Positions 14,091 to 25,916 of a stretch of 64,000 bases of DNA are shown piece by piece. Every line of letters begins with the position of its first letter. Position 1 is the first letter of the stretch. Position numbers and translations under genes: made by a program. The DNA comes from Azolla caroliniana (taxonomy: Eukaryota > Plantae > Polypodiophyta), in the NCBI GenBank assembly GCA_043228905.1, contig JBHGNT010000007.1, positions 2,976,001-3,040,000 of the forward strand. Direction: 5' to 3'. A model generated the notes under the pieces. The model did no database searches, was not told where the DNA came from, and was given only the letters and a program-made list of their open reading frames with translations.

Positions 14091-17000
14091 TCGCTTATGG
14101 AATGAGGTCTTCATTTGAAGATTTTACACATTCTATTTTTATTTCACAAAAGGTGTAGTAAAGAGCCCTTCACTCAACTCCAATTCTGGCATGGTAATCA
14201 CATATATAAAAAGAATATGAATTATGTAAATTGCTTGTACAAAATTTCGTTGTCTGTATCTGAGAACGAGGCCCCATTCATAGGTTTATTTATTTTGAGC
14301 TGAAGCTTCATAAATTTTATTGATGATGTAAAGCGGTAAATTTTGTCCCATCAATTCATGACACCGTGGATTTCTTTTTTGCTATTACCAATAACATAAA
14401 TATGTTGCTTGTTCACCTATCATTATGGATCCTACTATCGTTATTGTATTCGATATTGTTTCCAGACTTCAATCTTTGATCAACACAAGTAAACAAGTTG
14501 TAATAAGCCTTATGAGTTTAGATACTCATTTTGTGATTTCTCTAGAGATTATTTTGGATCAAGGAGTTAGAGGTTAGAATATGCTCTCAAGTGCCTTCCA
14601 GCATTGCACGGAAAAACATCAAGAAAAGAAGGCAACATTGAAGTGGTACAACACAGAGAAATACCATCACAACTTCTTGAACTATAAAGATACATATCGC
14701 CATTACCTCTATCGAGTATCGTGGAAAAGAACATAATCTAATTTGTGTCTTCATAACCACTGAGCTCCAACACTTTATGAAGGAAGTAGAGAAGATGGAG
14801 CAATAAATGAAATGATTGGTACAAGAATCAAAGTCTTTGTTACAATCGACAATCACCATGTATAATTTTTAATTGCTATGGGAAATCAAAGCATCCACTA
14901 CAATCGGGAATCTCCATGTCTTGTTTCTAAGCCTCAATACTATCATGGAAGAACTAGTGCATGATCTCCCCCTTTCCCATACGAACGTGGGGAACAAGTA
15001 GAGTCATAGTATCGAAAGGTCCTCTTAGCCAACTTCTCAAAGTTGAGAAAAGTATTCTAGATGTAGTGGCATAGTGTAAAAAAAATATTATCTCTCATAT
15101 CAAGTTTGCACTTTGCAATTTTGAAAATATTAATATATACCCCAAATAAAAATAAGAAGGCTTAAAATTTTACTAGCATTCCAAGAAAGAAGTTAACCAA
15201 GGGACAAATATATAGCACTAACTCGTCGAATAATGGACACATATATAGGTAAGTAGATTGTAGAACATAACACCAACCATGTTAATATAGGTGCAAATGT
15301 ATCAACAAGGTTATTCCAATATGAGCAAACCTATCTAAAGTGAGTGTCGAGAGCAAGTGACCTCGGGCTCAAGAGAGCATAATTACCTTGCTTGTATGTG
15401 AAGGCGACAAATCAAGGCATGGTGGTGGAGCAAAACCTCTTTGTCAAGATTCCGCATATTGTATGAATTTAATCAAAGGGATAATCCAACTCAACTTCAA
15501 AATTAACGCAAACCACTTGTAGTAATAAGCCAATTAAGTTATGGATATAAACAAATATTGAAGGAAGGGATATAAACGAATATTTGGAGGAGGGGTAGGG
15601 GGAGAACGGAAACTTGCTACCCTTGTAAGAAACCAACAATAACCAAAATATTTTTTTATTAAGTAACTCAAGTGCGCAACAATAACAACTATCTTGGAGA
15701 GGGAGCATTATTGGAATACCCCACAAGTCTCTAACAATAACCAAAATGCTTTTAAAGTAATTCATCTGAACACTAGCCAACAACTTTCCTGGTTTTAAAA
15801 AAAAATAAAAAATTTATTATGAAAGATGCGCCTAGTACATATTACTTTCCTGGTTAGGGGTATATAGTGGTAATCTATGAGGTCATTTGGGAATCAGGAC
15901 AATAAACCATTCCATAGTGTTAGCGTGTGTAATCAATCGTTATGTGGCCAAGGGCTATTTGGGGGTAAAAGCCGTTACTGTGTTCGGGTGATCTGTTCAA
16001 GGGGTAGGGGCATTTGAGTGATATTAATAATACACGTACGTTTGGGGGGTGTTGGTCCATGTAATAAATCGAGATTGTTACAACGAAGAGGCTAGCAGGT
16101 GTTTGTTTGGTTACAGAGATAAAAAAAAAGGAGAACATAAGGGAGGGGCATATGGGGAATAAATGGGAAAACTGTGGAAGAAAATAGAAGAAAACATGAT
16201 GAGTAAGGAAAAGTGTGTGGTAAGTAAGTGTGAAAAATGTAGGGGCATATGGGGAATAAATAGGAAAACGCATAGGAGGGAGGGGCATTCTGTGGAAATA
16301 CAGAAAACCAGGTCTTCTCCCCTCCCTAAGGGTAAGCAGGAAATCTTACTCGTAATTTGGGAAACGTGGCGATGGAGGAACACAGCATGCAGAGAAGCTA
16401 TGGCAGACCTTCCACGTCCCTCTTCTTTTCCTGTACAGGTATCTCATGTCATCGCAGAGGGAATTTTTTTGTGTCTTTGAATCCCTCGCCCTCCCCGTTT
16501 CCTACGTTGAATTCAATCGTCTTATTTTTCTTTTTCTTTCCTCTTCGGAGTTAGGGTTTTAGAAACTGTGTAAGTATAATGGATTGTTTTTTTTTTTTTT
16601 TTTGTCGTTTTCGGATTAGTGTTTCAGAAATTTCTTGATTGAAATCCTGATGATTTGTAGCACATATGATTGCATAAACAGCGTGAAGGCGATTTCTATT
16701 CTTTGAAATTTGATATCTTGACTGTTTGAAGGCCAGTTCTATTAATTGAAATTAGGGTCTGAGAAACTGTTAGAAATCCTGGTTTTCTCGACTTTAGGAA
16801 TGACGGGCTTAGCGTTTCAGGAACCTTCTAAAATTAGTAGTCTTGCTGGAATTAGTGTTTTAGAAATTAAGTTTGTGTTATGGAAGTTAAAGACATAAAA
16901 TTGGTATATTGGTGTTTGATAAATATGAGTAAAGATATTAGTTTTCGTTTAAACAGGGTCTAAGCAAAGGTCTAAGATTTCAATCTTCGTTGAAACAAGG

Positions 17001-17271
17001 TCTGGTTTTTCATTGGATATTGGAAGTAAAAGGATTTGAGCGCATAGTTTCTCCTTGGATCTAGTTTTATTTGCTATTGGATATTGGGTCTCTGAAGCTG
17101 TGGCAATATCTTGCTTATGATGATTTCAGAAACTGTAATTAATGATCGATTTGTGTAATAATGATTTATTGAATGTACAAAGGAACTTTTAATTTTCTTA
17201 TAAGAGGTCGATATGTTTGGTAGAGAAAAAAGAAGAGGTAATTCTAGAGAAGAAGAAAAAGGAGACCAGGT

Positions 17272-20119
17272 ATGACGGACAGTAATAAGCAGTTCCCTTC
17301 TCAACAACAAGAAGGTCAGCCTGGTAGTGAACATGAGATGCATCCCTCTCCTGAGATTGTTAGATCAACATATAAATCTTCAGATAAGCTCATGGTATAC
17401 TTTCTATTCTTATACCTTATACATTTGAAAAATTGGAATGCATGGCTATATTATCTCTAAATTATTGATAAGATTAAGATAATGTGATTCATACCTCTCA
17501 TTCTTTGAGATTCAAAGATAAATGTAAGCTTTAAGGTGTCAGTCATTTTTGTTTTCTACCTCTTCGTTTTTGAGATTCAAAGATAAATGTAAGCATAAAG
17601 GTGTTGTTTGTTAATGTGCTGTAGTCTTGCGTGCGATTCAAATTCAAATTATTGTATATTATGCACGAGATTCATATATTCATATATGTTTGATTATTGT
17701 GTATTATGCACATGATTCATACATCGATGATAGACCCCTTTTTGTTGTTATATCAGAATGCTGCAGAGTGGTACCTTTCCTTTCCTGTATATTATCCTGA
17801 GAGTGGCTATATTGCTATGATGAGACAAATTGATTACAAAATACTACGATTAAATTATTGCTTCAAATTCTTTTTATAGAACATGCTGGATTATGCATTT
17901 TTATTTGATAAACCTTGACATTCATTTGCTAGAATGTGCATGTATCCTGCAGAGATACCTAATAGAAGGTTGAGAGAGGGAGTGAGTACCTGCAATCTTT
18001 CCTTTTTTTGTTGGATAACGTTGTGTGAATATCGTGCGAAACTATAGAATCAAGGGGGCTGAATCACCGTTTTTTTCATGGTGCAGGGAAAGGTAGCGCT
18101 AATTACTGGTGGAGATTCAGGGATTGGGCGTTCAGTGGCTTGCTACTTTGCAATCGAAGGTGCAACAGTTGCCATTACTTATGTGCCAGAGATTGAAGAG
18201 AAAGATGCATCCGAGACATTGGATCTACTCAAGGACAAATACAAGAGCTCTCATGCAAAAGACCCAAGAAGATAGCGGTGGACTTAGGTTCTGAAGAGAA
18301 TTGCACAAAATTTATCCAGAAAGTGATTGATGCGTATGGCCAGTTGGATATTGTGGTAAATAATGCAGGAGAGCAGCATGAAGTTCCTAGAATTGAGAAC
18401 ATAACTGCACAGCAGGTGGAACGTGTTTTCCGGACCAACATATTCTCTCAATTCTAGATAACTAAGTGAGTAATAGCTTTCATTAATAGTTATGCATCTG
18501 CGGGTCTGATAAATGACTTTATGATTTTTATTATTTATGGTCCTGTGGACTGTTCATGACATAGGAAATATGCATAAGAACTAGTTATTGTCAATTGATA
18601 ATTCCATATCTGTGAGATGGTTTTATAACTAGGCATTGATTATTCTTACTTTGATGGTCCTATTGTAAGGCATTTAGTATTGATCACTATCAAAATGTAA
18701 GACATTCTGTGAAAAAGCACCTAATAAAGAGTCCTGCATCATCAATACATACCTATATTAATGCATATCAAGGGTTATTGATTATTCCATGTTTTTATGT
18801 ACTTCAATGGTTCTATTTTTTAAAGCGTAGTATTTACCATTGACCACTATTTGCTTGTAAATAAGGCATGCTGTGAAGCACCTGAAAAAAGGGAGCTGCA
18901 TCATCAATACTACCTCGATTAATGCATATCGGGGCCATGCAACCTTAATAGATTACACCGCCACCAAAGGAGCAATTGTGGCATTCACAAGGGGTCTTGC
19001 CCTCCAGTTGGTTGATCGTGGCATTCGTGTAAATGGTATATGAATCAAATCTATCCTATCAATAATGTGAATATAACCAACATTATATATTATACCATTT
19101 GAGTGAGTATAATGCTGAATATATTCAACATTATAGTATTTAACGTATTCAACATTATAATACCATATCAGCATAATGCTGAATTTATTATAGTCAGTAA
19201 GAAAGTAGACATGATTGCATATGTCTCCATTTTCTTTGTCTGATATATGACATATTTGTAACTGGAAGTTTATTAAAGGTTAATTCTAAATCCAGGTGTG
19301 GCACCAGGTCCTATTTGGACGCCCCTTATTCCAGCATCCTTCCCATCAGAGAAGGTGGAACAGTTTGGATTGGAAGTGCCCATGAAGAGGGCCGGCCAGC
19401 CTTCTGAGATTGGTCCCTCTTATGTTTTTCTAGCATCGGAAGATTCATCCTATTTTACTGGCCAAGTTCTTCACCCTAATGGTATTCTAATCCTCTTTTT
19501 ACTAAATTGGGTAAATAGCAAATTCTCTTTTTAATTGGAATTTTCTATCTCAATTGGATAGAAATCTTATGCTAATCCTCTTTTTACTAAATTGGGTAAA
19601 TAGCAAATTCTCTTTTTAATTGGAATTTTCTATCTCAATTGGATAGGAATCTTATGGTAATCCTCTTTTTACTAAATTGGGTAAATAGCAAATTCTCTTT
19701 TTAATTGGAATTTTCTATTTCAATTGGATAGAAAGCTTTAAATGATATTCTGTTTTACCTCTTCTTTCTCTCATTGGGTAAAATTTAATTGTCCTCTCGT
19801 GGATTTACTTATTGGGTAAAATTTATTTGCTTTCTGGGTATTTACCAGCATACCCTAGTCTAAATTCAATACAGTACATCTCTATATTACACTTTGAGTA
19901 ACTGTATTTTGGCATTTTGCCTTTAAAAGAGTCAGGTGATTTTGGCAGTGCTTTGCCCTAAAAAATGAATGTAGGGCAAAAATAAATGAATTGTGTTCAC
20001 TGAGTGGTTTGCCCAAAAAATAAGTGAAATTTGGTGAAGTGAGGTAGGGATGTTCTGCCAAATAACATTAAAAACAACACACTGATTTTCTTTCAGGTGG
20101 CGTTCCTGTTAATGGCTGA
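17272..20119 (+). pseudogene. Glucose and ribitol dehydrogenase-like / NADPH-dependent aldehyde reductase-like SDR, disabled
   Basis: Exons 17272-17394, 18087-18465, 18866-19035, 19296-19481, 20097-20119, all GT-AG. Motifs [60 protein letters not shown]. Exon 2 is one base short (frameshift near 18267, TAG at 18273-18275) and has an in-frame TAG at 18455-18457. Confidence 0.85.
19488..19735. repeat. Near-perfect 85-bp tandem repeat x3 in SDR intron 4
   Basis: TAATCCTCTTTTTACTAAATTGGGTAAATAGCAAATTC... starts at 19488, 19573 and 19658. Confidence 0.95.
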
Positions 20120-20400
20120 AGTCTCCTTGGATGTTGGCCAATGGATGGATGTTTTATACAGAAGTGCACATGGAATATAAGGGTATTGGTTGATAAATTG
20201 CTTTTTAGAAGATTGTGAGCTCCACTGAAGAAGATTGTATAGATTTGTGTAGAAAATAGGAGTGTAAATAAAAGGAACCATGTACATTTAAGGCAGGCTC
20301 CTTTCCTTGTTTTAAAACATGTTTTGTGTATTAAAGTGTATTTAAGGCAGGCTCCATGGAGGATTGTATAGGTTAGTGTCGAAATATGTAGAAGCAAAAG

Positions 20401-21135
20401 AACTTGGTACAACATAATTTGTGTGCTCTGCAAAGTTGACATAAAAAGTGCCCTAGAAGCACAATTATATCGACTTTTTTTAAAAGTATCATATGTATTG
20501 ATATCCAACTTGGTACAACATAATTTGTGTACTCTGCAAAGTTGACATAAAAAAAAGTTCCATAGGAGCACAAAGTATCATATTGATATCCAATATATGC
20601 ACTTCATACATTTTCATCATATTGATATCCAATATATGCGCTTCATATATTTTCATCATATTGATATCTAATATATGCACTTCATATATTTATTTTGCGT
20701 TAGTAAATTGCTGTAATATGTAATAGGGAGTGCACACATATGGTTCTGACACCCGTTAAAAATTGAGCAATGAGAACAATATATTTTCATCATATTGATA
20801 TCCAATATATGCACTTCATGTAGTAATTTTGCGTTAGTAATTTGCTATAATAGGTAATAGGGAGTGCACAAATGGTTTGGACACCCTTGTTTGAAATTGA
20901 GCAATGGAAACAATGTCTGTTATGATTATTATGAGAATATGAAAAGGGACTCCTATCTTACGATCATGTTATGTAATGGTAATTTTGCGTTAGTAATTTG
21001 CTATAATATGTAAAAGGGAGTGCAAAAATGATTTGGACACCCTTGTTTGAAATTGAGCAATGGAACAATCTATGTTATGATTATTATGAGAATATGAAAA
21101 GGGACTCCTATCTTACGATCATGTTATATAATGGT
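20401..21135. repeat. Patchwork of local tandem duplications (~107-bp x2, 39-bp x3-4, ~156-bp x2)
   Basis: AACTTGGTACAACATAATTTGTGT x2; TCATATTGATATCYAATATATGC x4; ATTTTGCGTTAGTAA..GGGAGTGCA x3; GAAAAGGGACTCCTATCTTACGATCATG x2. Confidence 0.85.
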
Positions 21136-21684
21136 GTAGTGATAATTTGTATGTTCACAACATACAATGTGAACATTTGATTTGAAAAGAGGTTTTTATG
21201 TACTAGAAGTTGTGACTTGCAGCAAGTACTATTTTTATGTTTGCAAATAAGGAGTGTTGATAGGATATGAAAGTAGAATGCATAGTAATGTTAAACAGTG
21301 CACCTTAATGGTGATGTGATAGTATTAGCAAACAAAAACTCTTTAATAAGTGTCTAGTGATGATATATGAAAATGGGCGGGGATGCATTCGTAATGTTAA
21401 ATAGTGCACCTTGATGATGTGATATTTGCAAACCACCACTTTATACGTGAATGAAGGTGAAAATGAGGATGCCTAGTAAGAAATATGTAGTTTATGTGAA
21501 AAGATGTAATAGAAAATTATGAGTAGTTCACCTTTAATACATGAATAGTGCCACTTGAGTGTGAGGTAGTATGCATGTCTTATTAAGATAAAAAGGGCAA
21601 AAAGGTATGTATGCAAGTAGCCAAATAAGAGTTAAAGGTACAAACAAGGAGGATACAAAAGGTGGTGCATTGTTCATGGTTGTT

Positions 21685-21847
21685 TTTAGCAATATTAACC
21701 ACTAGTAAATGTTTTGCCAAGGATGTGGAGTGTTTGGTGCATTTGGCTAGAGTTTATAATTTAGCAATATTAACCACTAGTAAATGTTTTGCCAAGGATG
21801 TGGAGTGTTTGGTGCATTTAGCTAGAGTTTATAATTTAGCAATATTA
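21685..21847. repeat. 75-bp tandem repeat x2.2
   Basis: TTTAGCAATATTAACCACTAGTAAATGTTTTGCCAAGG... at 21685 and 21760, partial at 21835. Confidence 0.95.
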
Positions 21848-23154
21848 TGTACCATTTGGAGAGTCTACCTTGTTTTCACCATTGAGAGATGGCTAGAAGG
21901 TAACGCGAATACAATGTGAGAATTTGAATCTTCAATTTTTAAACGGGGACAACTTGAAGATTGTGTCATGAAATCTTGAAGATTATATCGTGCAATTCAC
22001 TCTTGAGGGTTGACCTAATGAGAAGAAGGTGATAGAGGCCAATGTCAAAGATGGATCTCTTGTAACTGGGAGAACTTTGAGATTGTAAGTCTTGAAGATT
22101 GTTAAGTGCAATGGTTTAAGCTCGTGAACTTCTCTAAAGGGAAAAGGGTTCATTAGCTCGAATATGTTTCTCCAAGATTGTCAAATATCCCCACTTGTTA
22201 GGGGTAAAAAACTAAGGTAGCTTTATAGGGGCCTAGAGAAGGAATAGAGATGGAAAAACTATAATGGTTGCACAAGTTGATTGACAAATTGAGGATCGAA
22301 AATGACAAGAATAGAAGAAAAGTTTTTACAGAAAAGAACGGTAACAACTTCACGTCGTTCTCTCTAGAATCGTCATGATGAATCGTCATGCAATTCATTC
22401 TGTAAATGAACTAAGTTTATGATAATGTCTTCGTCAAACTGCTTGGTTGGCCTATGCAGTGAAGAAGTGTATAAAATGGGAACAATATTCCCCATATAGA
22501 ATCTAGTTTTATGCACATCTTTGTCTTCTTAACTGTACAAAAGTCTTCTTGCATGTATCTCTAAACTCCAAAACTTTATTTACGAGAGCCTTTCATAGTC
22601 CACAACATATTGATTCATCTAACTATTGTTTCGATCCTCTCAATGGTTTGATCATTTTTTATATGCTAGTTGCTTGATAAAAGATCTAGTAATTCATAGC
22701 CATTTATCGTTTTAGCCAAAAACAATTCTAGATGCGAGAAAAACAAACCCAAAAACTCAAAATCAAATGGTTGGATTGAACTATATGTGATGCCACTTAG
22801 ATGTAATTTCCTTGATTTTTATTTGTCATTGCAAAAGTGCAAACAAAAGGTGAATTTATGGTGGGATATGTGGGGGATTAGACTTGGTACAACCCCATAA
22901 GGATTTGTGACATGGGAACAAGTGGTGTCTAGAAGTCTTACCCCTCATTAGTATTTTATTCATAATATTTATGGCTAAGTAATAGTTTTGATGGACTATA
23001 TTTTGAGAGAATGCTAAATGGGTTTAAAGATAAAGAGGCTTCAAGATGAAGGTCTTATGAGAGAGAAGTCCTAAATGAGTGAAGTTGGTCATAACTTGTG
23101 TGATAAGGCTTAGGGACGACCTTGAGATAAGGAGGAATAAAAAAATATGTTTTT

Positions 23155-23560
23155 CATGGAGTAGGACAATAAGTGACTCGTTAGAAGATAAAGATGTGTT
23201 GTGTCCCCTGGCACACTTTCTATTCTTTCCAAACTTCTACTCATATGTTTTTATTGTGTCATTCTCTTAACAATCATTGACATTTAATACTTTCATATTT
23301 TTGTGTCTACCTACCAATTTACCAAACACATTGGCATGTGCTTAGAGAACTTTCAACATGATGGTCATAACTCGGTTATAACTTGCATGGGGTAGGACAA
23401 TAAGTGACTTGTTAGAAGATAAAGATGTGGTGTGTCCCCTCGGCACACTTTCTATTCTTTCCAAATTTCATATGCTTTTCTTGTAAATCATTGACATTTC
23501 ATACTTTCATATTTTGGTGTGTCTACCTACCCAATACATTGACATGTGCTTAGTGAACTT
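23155..23560. repeat. ~180-200-bp direct duplication
   Basis: GTAGGACAATAAGTGACT.GTTAGAAGATAAAGATGTG...CATGTGCTTAG.GAACTT at ~23155 and ~23386. Confidence 0.85.
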
Positions 23561-24364
23561 AAGGTAATATCATAATATGATTTGGAGATTGTAATGATTA
23601 CTTGAGTTAGGCGAATTCGGAAAATTGTGACTTGAACTTACACAACAAATCTTGTTCATGTCTAACCTTACATTTTAAAATAGACCAATGAGGTTTAGGT
23701 GGTTTCCTTCCCTTTTTAAACCTCCACATAGTGCACAAAATCATTTGTCTAATGTTTCTTATTGTGTTTGTAGGATTAAATATATAACACAAATTGCAAT
23801 TGATCAAAGAACACAAGTGTTTAATCATGTCAAAATTTAAGCTAGGGTGTTTCTAAAATTAGCATTTTCATCTCTATAACATTCAATTTATGCAAGTGAG
23901 GATTTTGATGGGCGAAGTATTCAAAGATTTAGATGTGGGTTTATTCACATTAAAGAGCAACTTCTCATTGACAAGAAATCCATAATTGGAAGGAAAGGTA
24001 TAGATTCCTCTAAAGCAAGCATAAGAACACAAAGATGATTAAATAAAAAGGTAAACAAACATGTACCAACAACTAAACAAAGAGAGAGAGAGAGAGATAA
24101 GGCAACCATAAGAATATTCCAATGAACTAACATTTTCAAGAGGTATATTTGATTTGACCGGTTGGACAAGGTAAATATATTGGGGAATTAGAAAACAAAC
24201 CATAGATGATCTATTACATATTTATGCATATGTTTGTGTGATATATGGAACCCATGTCGCATATAGGATACAGACTTTGTGCGATGCGCATATATTAGTC
24301 CTGATCTAGTTTAAGATGTCACATTATCCAGTTTCCCATGAAATCTTTCAATGACGTGACATAC

Positions 24365-24766
24365 TCAGGCATCACTGAAATATTCGGGATCGTTAACGAG
24401 GGCATCATGAGGATAACCTGTGGCAGATGGGCTTGAACTCTTCCGATAGTGCGCAAGAAGAGTAGAGATGAGTTCGAGAACGCGTCCGAACAAACCTTGG
24501 GTAGTGGTGCTATAGCCATTGACATACTCGTCATCCTCGAGAAGCAATTCCGAGTCCGTCTTAGTCCAAGTGATCACGAAGGCGGTCGACTGGTCATCAT
24601 CGTAAAGATCAGTTAGGGCGTCGTCATGGTCTACGGAGTAAGCGACAATGGCGGTGGTGGTGGTGCTCCTGCAATCGGCCATGAGGAGCCGGGCATGGGC
24701 GGGGTATTGCGAGAAGCAGTAGAACACGAGGAGAGCGAGGGGTAGGGCGAAGGCGAGGCGGGCCAT
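24365..24766 (-). CDS. Small secreted acidic protein of unknown function (133 aa)
   Basis: ATG at 24766. MARLAFALPLALLVFYCFSQYPAHA is a typical signal peptide. GC-rich intronless ORF in AT-rich surroundings, with a CT/ATCACC-rich leader upstream. Confidence 0.7.
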   Translation of the reverse strand: MARLAFALPLALLVFYCFSQYPAHARLLMADCRSTTTTAIVAYSVDHDDALTDLYDDDQSTAFVITWTKTDSELLLEDDEYVNGYSTTTQGLFGRVLELISTLLAHYRKSSSPSATGYPHDALVNDPEYFSDA

Positions 24767-25916
24767 CAGAGAAGTGGGGAGTGGATTGATGGTGATGGTG
24801 ATGGTGATGGTGGTGATGATGATGGCGATGGAGGAGACTCTGCTCTGTGTAGCAGTAGATTTGATAGTGATGGTAATGGTGATGGAGGAGGGACTCTGCT
24901 CTGTGTAGCAGTAGAATATATAGGTTACTGAATCCAAAAGACTTTACTTTTCTTTATATACGAAGGGAGGGGTGGGGGAGAAGGGCAGGCTGAGGCAGCA
25001 CAGCTTTACTGCATAACGTTGAGGAAAAACATGTGATTTTGTTTATTATGCTTAAACGGTCAGGAGAGAGAGAGAGAGAGACAAACAGAGATCTGAGAGA
25101 ACGGAATTTAGGAGCGTATCTGTGCTTCTGCAAACAGAGCTTTAATGGAAACACACGCACAATCTCTCTCTCTCTCTCTCTAAAAAAAAAATGGTGGAAC
25201 TTACAAATTACCGGCAACATGCCACTACTTCTGGCGATGCAGAATCCCCTCTTCATTTCAATGTGATCTCTCATACTCATACGTCTGAATTTTGTCCGTA
25301 GCTTGCAGAGATTGCGTCAGTTTTTTTCCATCACACAACCCCACGCTGCATATTAACCATGAAATTTGAAGAGAGAACAAACGATGTGGGAACCTAATTA
25401 AGAACAGTTTGAATCGATTTGATTAAGGGCGGAAACAAAATCCACCATGGGTTAGGTTTTAATTAATTCCAGAAAGCAAAATCAACTCAATTTTGGGGTG
25501 AGATCAAGGTTGAGATCAAAATCTACCAACGTTTCAAGGTTGAATCTCTCTTTTGAAATTCAGAAGATATACTGAAACAAACCGCTTTTTTCATTTGGCC
25601 ACTTCCCATTTCCATCAGCGCGAGAGGAAAAAGAGCGTAATTAAGCATATAGCAATCTCAAATCTTGTCATTAGTGGTATTTCTGGCATTTCCGGTAACT
25701 CAGAGCAGCATATAGGGAATTTTAATTAACCTGAGAGGCATTTTGAGAAATACAGCAAACTACATTGGCACTTTAGGAATTTCGCCATTGCATATATAGA
25801 TATGCTGAAGTATGTAGCTGATGCTTCCATTGCTTTTCTTAACACGGGTTCTTATGAGAAACATTGAGAATAGTTGTTTCAAAAGTAAAGAAGGATTATG
25901 TAAAACATCACTATTT

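Noticed and set aside
18455-18457. Stop codon rescued by U-to-C editing
   Set aside because: Such editing is known for fern organellar transcripts. This is an intron-containing nuclear gene and it also has a frameshift.
20578-20820. CRISPR-like 39-bp repeat array
   Set aside because: Contiguous tandem units without unique spacers, eukaryotic context, no cas genes.
24767-24937. 57-aa N-terminal extension of the secreted protein
   Set aside because: Starts at a non-ATG codon and consists of (ATCACC)n leader repeats. The ATG at 24766 directly precedes the signal peptide.
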